A DNA stretch of 64,000 bases. It comes from Verrucomicrobiota bacterium (lineage in GTDB: Bacteria > Verrucomicrobiota > Verrucomicrobiia > Limisphaerales > CANJXF01). The position numbers were made by a program, and so were the translations under genes. The notes beneath the pieces are model-generated. The model was not told the origin of the DNA. It saw only the letters and a program-made list of their open reading frames with translations, and did no database searches. Shown one piece after another: positions 27,648 to 36,011 of this stretch; position 1 is the stretch's first letter, and every line of letters begins with the position of its first letter. Location: positions 67,876 to 131,875 of the forward strand of contig JAYVSV010000047.1 of NCBI GenBank assembly GCA_043775015.1. Reading direction: 5' to 3'.

Positions 27648-28511
27648 ATGGCAATTTTTTACGACACACACGCGCATCTCGATTATCCCGAGTTCGAAAA
27701 AGATTTTCCGCAAATCCTCGAACGCGCTCACGCCGCTGGCATCACAAAAATGATTTCCATCGGCACCGATTTGGAAAGCAGCGCGCGGGCGATTGCGCTG
27801 GCGGAAAAATATGATTCCATTTACGCCGTCGTCGGCTGGCATCCGACGAATGTGCTCGAAGCGCCGGACGATATTCGCGAACCGTTGCGCAGATTGGCCT
27901 CGCACCCGAAAGTCGTCGCGATCGGTGAAACCGGTTTGGATTACTATCGTTTGCCCAGTCAGAGCGGCGCGCACGGAGTGACGCGCCCTACCACGACGAC
28001 TGAGGTAGGGCGCGTCACTCCGTGCGCGCCGTCTGCGGAAGATGAAAACTACAAACGCAAACAAGCCGAAATCTTCCGCCAACAAATGGAAGTCGCCGCC
28101 GAATTTGGATTGAACTGCGTGGTTCACCAGCGCGATGCGCTCGAAGACACGATCACGCAAATGCAACCGTTCGTCGGACGTGTGCGCGGCGTTTTCCATT
28201 GTTTCGCGAATGACGCTGCCGCCATGCAACGCATCATCGCGATGGGTTCGCTCGTGAGTTTCACCGGCATTTTGACTTTCAAGAACGGTCAAAACATCCG
28301 CGACACCCTCGCCGCCACGCCGCTCGATCAATTCATGCTGGAAACCGATTGCCCGTATCTCGCGCCGATTCCGTATCGCGGCAAACGTTGTGAGCCGGCT
28401 TACGTGAAAGAAATTTCCGAAGTCGCCGCGCAGGTGAAAAACTGTTCGTTGGAGGAATTAAGCAAAGCGACATGCGCGACGGCGCGGGAGTTTTTTAGGA
28501 AAATATTTTGA
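27648..28511 (+). CDS. tatD: TatD-family metal-dependent hydrolase (DNase)
   Basis: MAIFYDTHAHLDYPEF...GETGLDYYR...VVHQRDA...GVFHCF...SFTGILTFKN...LETDCPYLAP. Confidence 0.9.
   Translation: MAIFYDTHAHLDYPEFEKDFPQILERAHAAGITKMISIGTDLESSARAIALAEKYDSIYAVVGWHPTNVLEAPDDIREPLRRLASHPKVVAIGETGLDYYRLPSQSGAHGVTRPTTTTEVGRVTPCAPSAEDENYKRKQAEIFRQQMEVAAEFGLNCVVHQRDALEDTITQMQPFVGRVRGVFHCFANDAAAMQRIIAMGSLVSFTGILTFKNGQNIRDTLAATPLDQFMLETDCPYLAPIPYRGKRCEPAYVKEISEVAAQVKNCSLEELSKATCATAREFFRKIF
27965..28031. repeat. REP-like palindrome (same family as 3480-3551) embedded in frame in tatD
   Basis: The arms cggcgcgcacggagtgacgcgccctacc and ggtagggcgcgtcactccgtgcgcgccg are translated as GAHGVTRPTTTTEVGRVTPCAP. Confidence 0.85.
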
Positions 28512-28515
28512 ATTA

Positions 28516-28736
28516 TCAGAGCAGCTTGATGAGATCGTCCGCCGTGATTTCGGTCTGCCGCAGAATGGCGCGAAGCGTGCCGCGATCGATTTGCCGATGA
28601 TTGGGAACGACCGTTTGGGCAAATGATTGTCGCGGCGCATAATGATGTGACTGCCGTGTTGTCGCCGGACGGTGAAACCCACTTTCTGAAGAGCGCGCAC
28701 GAGATCGGCGCCGGAAACCTGCGGAAGCTTGCTCAT
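28516..28736 (-). pseudogene. hicA: hicA toxin gene carrying an apparent frameshift
   Basis: MSKLPQVSGADLVRALQKVGFTVRRQHGSHIIMRRDN reads in one frame. The expected continuation ..TVVPNHRQIDRGTLRAILRQTEITADDLIKLL* reads in another. The switch is near 28610-28625. Confidence 0.7.
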
Positions 28737-28939
28737 ACCGCCACAAGGAGAGCATCGAAACGCTCCTTTGGCACGGGAAGCCCGTCGTCTTGCAGAGCCA
28801 GAACGTAACCTTCAATCGCCTCGCGAATATTGGCGATGGCAGCTTCCCGGCTTTCGCCCTGAGAGACGCAACCGGGAAGACTCGGACATTCCGCCACCCA
28901 AAAGCTATCTTCGCCGGGATAGATCATGACCTGTCGCAT
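28733..28939 (-). CDS. hicB: HicB-family antitoxin (UPF0150)
   Basis: MIYPGEDSFWVAECPSLPGCVSQGESREAAIANIREAIEGY. Its stop overlaps the hicA ATG (ATGA). Confidence 0.8.
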   Translation of the reverse strand: MRQVMIYPGEDSFWVAECPSLPGCVSQGESREAAIANIREAIEGYVLALQDDGLPVPKERFDALLVAV

Positions 28940-29000
28940 GTGAAGAAAATAAGCGAGGCCACAGGAAAGCTCAACTTAAACAATTTGTTAGATGGTTGAA

Positions 29001-29181
29001 ATTCATGCTGGAAACCGATTGCCCGTATCTCGCGCCGATTCCATATCGCGGCAAACGATGCGAACCGGCTTACGTGAAAGAAATTTCCGAAGTCGCCGCA
29101 CAGGTGAAAAACTGTTCGCTGGAAGAATTAAGCAAAGCAACGTGCGCAACGGCACGGGAGCTTTTTAGAAAACTTTCCTGA
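29001..29181 (+). pseudogene. Orphan duplicate of the tatD 3' end (last 59 codons plus stop)
   Basis: It aligns base for base with 28331-28511, at roughly nine in ten positions identical by eye. It encodes FMLETDCPYLAPIPYRGKRCEPAYVKEISEVAAQVKNCSLEELSKATCATARELFRKLS. Confidence 0.9.
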
Positions 29182-29209
29182 TTTAAATTCGCTAGTGACC
29201 AAGGCCGAT

Positions 29210-29875
29210 TCATTGATAGAAATATTCCAGCGGCACCTTAATAGATTTCGAGGTGTCGATCTTCCAAGTGCTACCGTCCTTGATCAAGGTCAAGAGCAAC
29301 GGGCTATCACCAACAGGCACGCGATATGTGATAGTCTTGGATTTTGAATCATCAGATGGTTTGCTTGATCGAAGAACCGGCATCGCCTCAATCACACCCT
29401 CATATACGTCCATATCGCCGGAAGGAGGAGTGTCTTTTGGGCCAGTCATCTTCACTTTGCTGGCATCCGTTGTTAGCCTCTTAAGCAGTGCTTCGTCGTG
29501 TGTAAGGCTCGCGTAGATAAACGTTTGAATCAGTTTGCGGTGTAAGTTGTAAATCCCGTCCAGATTGAAAGCGGGATCAATTCGGCCATCGCGAACTTCT
29601 ATAAAACTAATTTCGTTGCGAACCATTGCGGTAAAAACACCCTTGTCCTTCAACTTCATAGACGCAACTTCAGCGAGGGCGTTAGTATTCTTAGCCCCGC
29701 GCAGCATCCACAAATCTTCGGATGGGACACATATCTGAGCGATGTCGATTCCGTCGGCTCCGTAAATGTATTGTAAGAATTGTTTTGCTAATGGTTCTTT
29801 GGAGAACGCGGTTTGCGAGATCAGCGCGAACAATAAAAAAATGTGGATTGTCGGATTAGTAATTGAGCGAACCAT
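29210..29875 (-). CDS. Hypothetical secreted protein (221 aa)
   Basis: It has a signal-peptide-like N-terminus (IHIFLLFALISQTAFS). The region looks more AT-rich than its surroundings by eye. No family recognised. Confidence 0.55.
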   Translation of the reverse strand: MVRSITNPTIHIFLLFALISQTAFSKEPLAKQFLQYIYGADGIDIAQICVPSEDLWMLRGAKNTNALAEVASMKLKDKGVFTAMVRNEISFIEVRDGRIDPAFNLDGIYNLHRKLIQTFIYASLTHDEALLKRLTTDASKVKMTGPKDTPPSGDMDVYEGVIEAMPVLRSSKPSDDSKSKTITYRVPVGDSPLLLTLIKDGSTWKIDTSKSIKVPLEYFYQ

Positions 29876-29916
29876 GGGCGCACCATCGCAGAAACCTATT
29901 TTGCCGCAAGCGCGTT

Positions 29917-29992
29917 CTCACAGACATTCAAAACGTCCTCCAACCGTTTGCCCTTCGATCCAAACCGTTTTGTGGCGCGAAGTCTGGCCGCG
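29917..29992 (-). pseudogene. Orphan remnant of a yggU (DUF167) 3' end
   Basis: It encodes RGQTSRHKTVWIEGQTV... A 42-bp core (29951-29992) is identical to 30239-30280 inside the intact gene. Confidence 0.8.
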
Positions 29993-29997
29993 TTTTT

Positions 29998-30184
29998 ATC
30001 CCGGAGGGATTGCCGAAAATAGCCCGGCGTTTTAACGTCGGGAAATTGTGAGGAAAATAAAAAAGTCCCGAAGGGACGGCTGACGCTTGCCGCGCGTTTT
30101 CGTCCGTCCCTTCGGGACTAACTTCCTTTGGTGAATTGACCCGGCGTTAAAACGCCGGGCTATTCTCAAATGTCCCTCCGGGAC
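29998..30184. mobile_element. MITE-like nested-palindrome element of about 190 bp (same family as 2912-3124)
   Basis: atcccggagggat ... aatagcccggcgttttaacg ... gtcccgaagggac / gtcccttcgggac ... cgttaaaacgccgggctatt ... gtccctccgggac. Confidence 0.8.
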
Positions 30185-30196
30185 TTGTGGAATTAT

Positions 30197-30496
30197 CTAC
30201 TTGGATTTTAGGTCGGTCAAAACTTCCTCAACTGTTTTCCCTTCGATCCAAACCGTTTTGTGGCGCGAAGTCTGGCCGCGCACGATTTGGATTCTGCCGC
30301 GAGAACAATTCAACTTTTCGGCAAGCAAATCGACCAGAGCCTGATTCGCGGCGGCATCGACGGGCGGCGCGGTCACTTTGATTTTTAATTCGTCGCCGAG
30401 CGGTGCGCCGATTTCGTTGGTCGAAGCGCGCGGCTGCAATTTCACGGCGAGATAAACTCCGTTGGCGTGCAGGCGAATGAAACCGGGTTGCGACAT
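30197..30496 (-). CDS. yggU: DUF167 (YggU) family protein
   Basis: MSQPGFIRLHANGVYLAVKLQPRASTNEIG...LKIKVTAPPVDAAANQALVDLLAEKL...IQIVRGQTSRHKTVWIEG. Only the last 99 codons of the 312-aa track ORF are credible. Confidence 0.85.
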   Translation of the reverse strand: MSQPGFIRLHANGVYLAVKLQPRASTNEIGAPLGDELKIKVTAPPVDAAANQALVDLLAEKLNCSRGRIQIVRGQTSRHKTVWIEGKTVEEVLTDLKSK

Positions 30497-30652
30497 TTCA
30501 GAAAAAAAACAGGAAACGACACGAATTTCACGAATTATCACGAACTTTCGGAAAACCGTTTTGAATTCGTGCCAATTCGTGAAATTCGTGTCTGTCTTGT
30601 TTCCGATTGTTGCTGCCACTCGACTTTCATCTGAGCTGATGGCAAATTTTCC

Positions 30653-31567
30653 GTGGTGGAAAATAAACTCGAACAACTTCGCGCGCTGTTGCGCTCTTAC
30701 GGTTCCTGCCTCGTCGCTTATTCCGGCGGCGTGGATTCGGTTTTTCTCGCGCACGTTGCCCACGAAATTCTCGGTAAAAAATCTTTGGCGGTGATTGCGG
30801 ATTCGCCGAGCTTGCCACGACGTGAATTTCAGGAGGCCATGGAAATCGCAGAGAAATTTTCGTTTCCAGTTCGCGTTGTTCAGACCAATGAATTTCAAAA
30901 TGAATCGTATCTGGCGAACCCGAACAACCGCTGTTATTTCTGCAAACACGAATTGTTTACGGAATTGGAGCCGATTGCGCGCGACGAAAAATTCGCAGTG
31001 ATTGCCTATGGCGAAAACGCGAGCGACATCGGCGATCATCGTCCGGGCGCGAAAGCGGCGTCGGAATTTCAAGTGTGCGCACCGCTCAAGCAAGTGGGTT
31101 TGACGAAAGCGCAGATTCGCGAACTTTCCGCGCAACTCGGTTTGCCGACGGCGGACAAACCGCAGATGGCCTGCTTGAGTTCGCGCATTCCCTACGGCGA
31201 ATCGGTCACGCCGGAAAAGCTGCGGATGATTGAAGAAGCGGAATATATTTTAAAGGATTTAGGTTTTTTTGACGTGCGGGTTCGACACCATGAACTGGGT
31301 TCAAAGTTTAATGGTCAAAGTTCAAAGTTGCCTGTCGCTTCGGGAGAACTTGAAACTTTAAACCTGAAACCTGGAACTATCACGCATCTGGCTCGCATCG
31401 AAGTTGGCCCAAGCGAAATTAAACGACTTTTCGAAAACGACGCATTTTCCGAGATTGCGAATGCATTAAAGAAAATCGGTTACGCCCACGTCACGCTCGA
31501 CCTGCAAGGATATCGTCGCGGCAGCATGAACGAAGCCCCAATTCAGTTTGGCAAAGTCAAATCTTAG
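30653..31567 (+). CDS. larE: ATP-dependent sacrificial sulfur transferase LarE (PP-loop ATPase family)
   Basis: The PP-loop is YSGGVDS. It also has NRCYFCK and the sacrificial-Cys region PQMACLSSRIPYG. Confidence 0.8.
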   Translation: MVENKLEQLRALLRSYGSCLVAYSGGVDSVFLAHVAHEILGKKSLAVIADSPSLPRREFQEAMEIAEKFSFPVRVVQTNEFQNESYLANPNNRCYFCKHELFTELEPIARDEKFAVIAYGENASDIGDHRPGAKAASEFQVCAPLKQVGLTKAQIRELSAQLGLPTADKPQMACLSSRIPYGESVTPEKLRMIEEAEYILKDLGFFDVRVRHHELGSKFNGQSSKLPVASGELETLNLKPGTITHLARIEVGPSEIKRLFENDAFSEIANALKKIGYAHVTLDLQGYRRGSMNEAPIQFGKVKS

Positions 31568-31595
31568 AGTGTATTTGAAAAATCCTTCAAACCGC

Positions 31596-31682
31596 GTAGC
31601 AGCCGGGGTAACGAGGCTCAAATATTCCGGTGCTCCACAGAACGCCGCTGAAAAATTGGAGCCTCGTTACCTCGGCTGCTAC
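31596..31682. repeat. Palindromic REP-like element (gtagcagccggggtaacgaggctc / gagcctcgttacctcggctgctac)
   Basis: Inverted arms of 24 bp with a spacer of about 39 bp, just downstream of larE. Confidence 0.85.
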
Positions 31683-31751
31683 TTCTCATGTTGGCGGTCC
31701 ATTTCAAATCGGAAAGCTTGAAACCTTGGCAAACCTGTTTATTCTCCGCGC

Positions 31752-31910
31752 ATGAACTTTTTCTTGGCTTGTCTCGCTTGGATTTTTATTGGCGCAGTTT
31801 TGGGTCTGGGCATCTGGCTTTTCGCCGTCAAAGGCATCGTCTGGCTTTTTGCCATCAGCGTAGTCGCCTTTATTGTTGCCGTCGGAAAAATCGGCTGCGC
31901 GACGCATTAA
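31752..31910 (+). CDS. Possible small two-TM membrane protein (52 aa), below the ORF-track cutoff
   Basis: My own translation gives MNFFLACLAWIFIGAVLGLGIWLFAVKGIVWLFAISVVAFIVAVGKIGCATH*. It is strongly hydrophobic, with two helix-length segments. Confidence 0.4.
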   Translation: MNFFLACLAWIFIGAVLGLGIWLFAVKGIVWLFAISVVAFIVAVGKIGCATH

Positions 31911-31946
31911 TCGCCGCCGCCTTCTAATTTCTGTCTGCTCCCTTTT

Positions 31947-32582
31947 CTATCGATTCGGCTGCGGCGTGTAGCGGAGATACGGTTTGATTTTCCGCATTCC
32001 TTTTGGGAAAAGTGTCGCAGCTTCGTCATCCTTCACCGCTGGAGTGATGATGCAATCCTGTCCATTCTCCCAATTCGCCGGCGTCGCGACTTTGTGTTTG
32101 GCGGTCAGTTGCAACGAATCAATCACGCGGAGCAATTCAAAAAAATTTCTGCCGGTTGAAGCCGGATAGGTCAGAGTCAGCTTGATCTTTTTATCCGGCC
32201 CAACAATGAAAACGGAGCGCACCGTGAACGTATCATCGGCATTCGGATGAATCATGTCATAAGCCGTCGCAACTTTTCGATCTGGGTCTGCGATGATTGG
32301 GAAATTCATCTGGGTATTTTGCGTTTCGTTGATGTCGCAAATCCAGCCGTGGTGCGATTCGATCGGGTCAACGCTGATCGCCACGACTTTGACGCCGCGC
32401 TTGTCGAATTCTGATTTAATTTTCGCGACCGCGCCGAGTTCTGTTGTGCAAACCGGTGTGTAATCTTTCGGATGGGAAAAAATAATTCCCCAGCCGCCGC
32501 CGAGCCATTGGTGAAAATCAATCGGGCCTTCCGTGGTAACCGCCGTAAAATTTGGAGCTTCGTCGCCTAATCTTAGTGCCAT
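31947..32582 (-). CDS. 1-Cys peroxiredoxin (Prx6 subfamily)
   Basis: MALRLGDEAPNFTAVTTEGPIDFHQWLGGGWGIIFSHPKDYTPVCTTELG. The ATG at 32582 is preferred. Confidence 0.9.
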   Translation of the reverse strand: MALRLGDEAPNFTAVTTEGPIDFHQWLGGGWGIIFSHPKDYTPVCTTELGAVAKIKSEFDKRGVKVVAISVDPIESHHGWICDINETQNTQMNFPIIADPDRKVATAYDMIHPNADDTFTVRSVFIVGPDKKIKLTLTYPASTGRNFFELLRVIDSLQLTAKHKVATPANWENGQDCIITPAVKDDEAATLFPKGMRKIKPYLRYTPQPNR

Positions 32583-32669
32583 AAAAATTCTTTTGCTAAA
32601 ATTCCGAGCAACATTGCTCAGAGGAGGGGCGAGAATACAAATCGCCGCGATGGACGACAAGATGGATTT

Positions 32670-33002
32670 TCACGACTCCAACAGGCGATCGGCTGGCGGA
32701 GCGGGCGGGTTTTTCTTTCGCATCGAAACAACGAGCGCAACGCATCCCGTCCACGTCGGCAGCATATCGGCAACAGGAATAAATTCCACGGCAAACGTCG
32801 GCAACAGCAACCAGTGAAAGCCGAGCAGCGCGATTTCGAGAATCATCGCGATGACATCGATGATTTCGTCAAAGAATGTCCAGCCAAGCGGGCCAAGCAA
32901 TAATTGTAATCCGTCGGCAACAACGGCAACGGCGAACGCGAGGCCGATGCGGAGCGGGGTGAGGCGACGAGGTTGAAAAATTTTTAAGCCGCGGACATTC
33001 AT
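32670..33002 (-). CDS. Hypothetical membrane protein (110 aa)
   Basis: It has three hydrophobic segments and no recognised family. Confidence 0.5.
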   Translation of the reverse strand: MNVRGLKIFQPRRLTPLRIGLAFAVAVVADGLQLLLGPLGWTFFDEIIDVIAMILEIALLGFHWLLLPTFAVEFIPVADMLPTWTGCVALVVSMRKKNPPAPPADRLLES

Positions 33003-33008
33003 TCGTGG

Positions 33009-33713
33009 TTAGTTTGATAATTTGAAAGAGATTGGAATCTCGACAGACGAAACGATGGCGTGATTGTCAACCTTGGCCGGTTCAAAACTCCAGGCGCGCA
33101 CCGCTTCGACCGCTGCATTGTCCAACAGCGAAAACCCGGTTCCTTGTTTGACTTCGACTTTTTCCGCCGTGCCTCTGACATCGACAACCACCAGCAAAAT
33201 CACCAATCCCTCCTGGCGTTTGCGGCGCGCTTGAGGCGGATAAACCGGCTGGCGATTTTCCCGGTAACGAGGCTCAGCGTTCACGACAACGTTCGGAGGC
33301 GAAGGCGAAGCATTATTTTGCGCGAACGTTTCCGGGCGGGGCAGGGGAGTAATTTCGATTTGCGCAATGGATTTTGAGTTCGTGGTTGAAATCGGTTCTG
33401 CCGGAGTTGGGAGAATGACAGTCGCTGCAACCGGTTTCGCTGACTGTGGCTCATCCGGTTTTTGGACCGGCTTGATTTCTGCGGGCGGCAAACTGTTCTG
33501 AATGTTTTGAACGATTTTCGGAACGGGAAGAACCGGTTCCGGGACAGGCGCTTGTTCCGGTGTGCTTGCAACCTCCTCATAACGCCGTATCGAAATTAAA
33601 ACTCCCGAGTCCGACAGGTCGGGAGGGTCTGCGGAATAATGGAACGCGAGAGGGATGGCGGCGCAATGCACCACCAACGAAATCAACAACGCTATTTTCC
33701 AACGCTCACTCAC
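33009..33713 (-). CDS. tonB: Energy transducer TonB
   Basis: An N-terminal anchor, a Pro-rich linker (PVPEPVLPVP..), and a C-terminal YPPQARRKRQEGLVILLVVVDVRGTAEKVEV..GTGFSLLDNAAVEAVRAWSFEPA. Confidence 0.85.
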   Translation of the reverse strand: MSERWKIALLISLVVHCAAIPLAFHYSADPPDLSDSGVLISIRRYEEVASTPEQAPVPEPVLPVPKIVQNIQNSLPPAEIKPVQKPDEPQSAKPVAATVILPTPAEPISTTNSKSIAQIEITPLPRPETFAQNNASPSPPNVVVNAEPRYRENRQPVYPPQARRKRQEGLVILLVVVDVRGTAEKVEVKQGTGFSLLDNAAVEAVRAWSFEPAKVDNHAIVSSVEIPISFKLSN

Positions 33714-33860
33714 AACATCAATCTGCCGATAAAAGCTAAACCATTTTGCCGGGACACATTCGCATTCTGCCCGGTTCCTAGCATAAATTTCCAGAAAACT
33801 TCTTGTTTCGCGGTCAGCCTACCTCTAAAACGCAGGCTTGTTGCCGATTAAAATCTAAAT

Positions 33861-35993
33861 ATGAAATACATTTCCATCTGTGTTGTTGCTTTTGTGACGG
33901 GTTCATTTCTCTTTTCTGCCTCGGCCCAAACCAACGAATCCGCAACCGGTTCGTCCACTTATCGACTGCCAACGGTGACGGTTTTCGGGGCGGTGGCCAA
34001 TTCCACGCAAGCCGTCACGCAGGCGGGGAACGCGGTAACCGTGCTCTCGGGCGAACAGGTTCGGCCCGGTGCAATTACGGCCACGCGTGAGTTGGGAACT
34101 TATTTGCCAAACGTCACGGTTTTCGATGGGAACAACGATCGATCACCAAAGTTTTCCATTCGCGGCTTGCGTGAAAATAATTTTGGCGCCGGCGATCCTG
34201 CGGTTGGCATGTATGTCGATGACATTCCTTACACCGATTTGAATTCCCGTGGGCTGGCGTTGTTCGACATCGAGCAAGTGGAATTTTTGCGCGGCCCACA
34301 AGGAACGTTGTTTGGCGCGAACGGCCCCGGCGGCGTCATCAATATTGTGACACGCCAGCCGACGAATAAATGGGAAGGGCGCGGCGGTTTTACTTACGGC
34401 AACTACGACGAGCAGATTTATGAAGCCAGCCTGCGCGGCCCGATTGTCGCCGACAAATTGTCACTCGGCTTGTCCGGGATTTATTCAAGCCGCGATGGTT
34501 TCGTGCGCAACAGTTTCAATGACAATCATCCTGATGACAAACAAACCAAGGCCGGGCGGGCGCAACTGCGCTGGACTCCAACCGAGACGCTTGATTTTTC
34601 GCTCGTCGTGCACGGCCAAAGTTTCGACGATGGCTATATTCCAACCTACTATAGAGGCCACGATAAAAATCTCTTTTCCGTGCAGCGCGATTATGACGGA
34701 TATGTCGATACCGACACCTGGGGCACGGCTTTTAAAGGCAGTTTTGAAAATGAAGTAGTCAAGGTGACTTCGGTTTCCTCTTATCGAAATTGGAAGCAGG
34801 ATTTAAAGCAGGATTTCGATTTTAGTTCCGCGCCGATTCGCATCGGCTTTGCCCAGCCGGATCTCGATCAATGGAGCCAGGAAATGCGCGTGCAATCGGT
34901 TGATGAAACGAAAGATTTCAAATGGCTCGGTGGCATTTTTTATTCTAACGGAGATTTGGAAAACGACACGGGTAGTGTCGAGCTTGCGCCCAATCCGCAA
35001 TTGCCTTTGCCCCCACCCACAACGTTTCGCACGGTGTCGGATTCTATCGCCAAATCTTACGCGGTTTTCGGGCAGGGGACCTACACGGTTCGGGAGAAAT
35101 TGGATTTCACGGCGGGACTTCGCTTCACCTATGACGACCGCTCTGTGCATCGCACTCGCAGTTTGGAAAATGGATTTATACCGGGCGGCTCACAAACTTT
35201 GGGAGCGTGGGATGCTTCAGAGCGTTTCATCGATTTGTCGCCCAAGTTTGGATTCGGTTATCATTTCACGCCCGAAGTTGAAACCTACGCCAGCATCGCT
35301 CGCGGTTATCAAAGTGGCGGGTTTAATGTTGCCACGGATGCAGAAACCGATGCGGATTTCGATCCGTCGCATTCCTGGAACTATGAGCTTGGTTTAAAAT
35401 CAAAATGGCTCTCCGACCGCCTTTTCGCCAATGTGGCCGTTTTCTACACAGACACTCATAATTATCAGGTCTATCAGATCAACCCCGCCAATCCCTCACA
35501 GGCTTACATCGTCAATGCCGACCGTGTGAGCAGCTATGGCGCGGAGTTGGATTTGACGGCGCGTCCGTATAAAAAATTGGACCTAAGCGCGGCTTTTGGC
35601 GTGACGAAAGCGACGTTCAATAACTTCACTGATAAAAACACCGGGGTAAATTTTGATGGCAACGACGTGAATTTCGTTCCTGAATTCACCGCCAACCTCG
35701 CCGTGCAATATCATTTTCCGTGCAACATCTATGCCCGGGTGGAACTGCAAGGAGTGGGTAAATATTATCTCGACGAAGCAAACAGCACCGACCAGAGCGC
35801 CTACGGTTTGTTGAATGCCCGCATCGGTTACCAGCACTCGCATTTTGAAATTTACCTTTTTGGCAGAAATCTTTTGGACAAGGAATACGTCAACAACGCA
35901 CTTGATTTGCGCAATAGTTTTCAACCCGATTTGCTCATCCGGCAACCGGGCGATCCCATGACCATTGGAGTTGCGCTGAGCGCGAACTTCTAG
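33861..35993 (+). CDS. TonB-dependent outer-membrane receptor
   Basis: A signal peptide and a plug domain (..IRGL...VGMYVDDIPY...IEQVEFLRGPQGTLFG.NGPGGVINI.T), then a beta-barrel with a terminal ...ALSANF. Confidence 0.9.
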   Translation: MKYISICVVAFVTGSFLFSASAQTNESATGSSTYRLPTVTVFGAVANSTQAVTQAGNAVTVLSGEQVRPGAITATRELGTYLPNVTVFDGNNDRSPKFSIRGLRENNFGAGDPAVGMYVDDIPYTDLNSRGLALFDIEQVEFLRGPQGTLFGANGPGGVINIVTRQPTNKWEGRGGFTYGNYDEQIYEASLRGPIVADKLSLGLSGIYSSRDGFVRNSFNDNHPDDKQTKAGRAQLRWTPTETLDFSLVVHGQSFDDGYIPTYYRGHDKNLFSVQRDYDGYVDTDTWGTAFKGSFENEVVKVTSVSSYRNWKQDLKQDFDFSSAPIRIGFAQPDLDQWSQEMRVQSVDETKDFKWLGGIFYSNGDLENDTGSVELAPNPQLPLPPPTTFRTVSDSIAKSYAVFGQGTYTVREKLDFTAGLRFTYDDRSVHRTRSLENGFIPGGSQTLGAWDASERFIDLSPKFGFGYHFTPEVETYASIARGYQSGGFNVATDAETDADFDPSHSWNYELGLKSKWLSDRLFANVAVFYTDTHNYQVYQINPANPSQAYIVNADRVSSYGAELDLTARPYKKLDLSAAFGVTKATFNNFTDKNTGVNFDGNDVNFVPEFTANLAVQYHFPCNIYARVELQGVGKYYLDEANSTDQSAYGLLNARIGYQHSHFEIYLFGRNLLDKEYVNNALDLRNSFQPDLLIRQPGDPMTIGVALSANF

Positions 35994-36011
35994 TACGAAC
36001 GTGGCTCCCAG

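Noticed and set aside
30497-31135. N-terminal 213 codons of the 312-aa minus-strand ORF 30197..31135
   Set aside because: Only the last 99 codons match DUF167/YggU. The extension runs antisense through larE, which has clear PP-loop motifs.
33714-33860. A Fur box or riboswitch in the tonB / TonB-dependent receptor divergent promoter
   Set aside because: There is no 19-bp GATAATGATAATCATTATC-like palindrome, and the region is too short for a cobalamin-type riboswitch.
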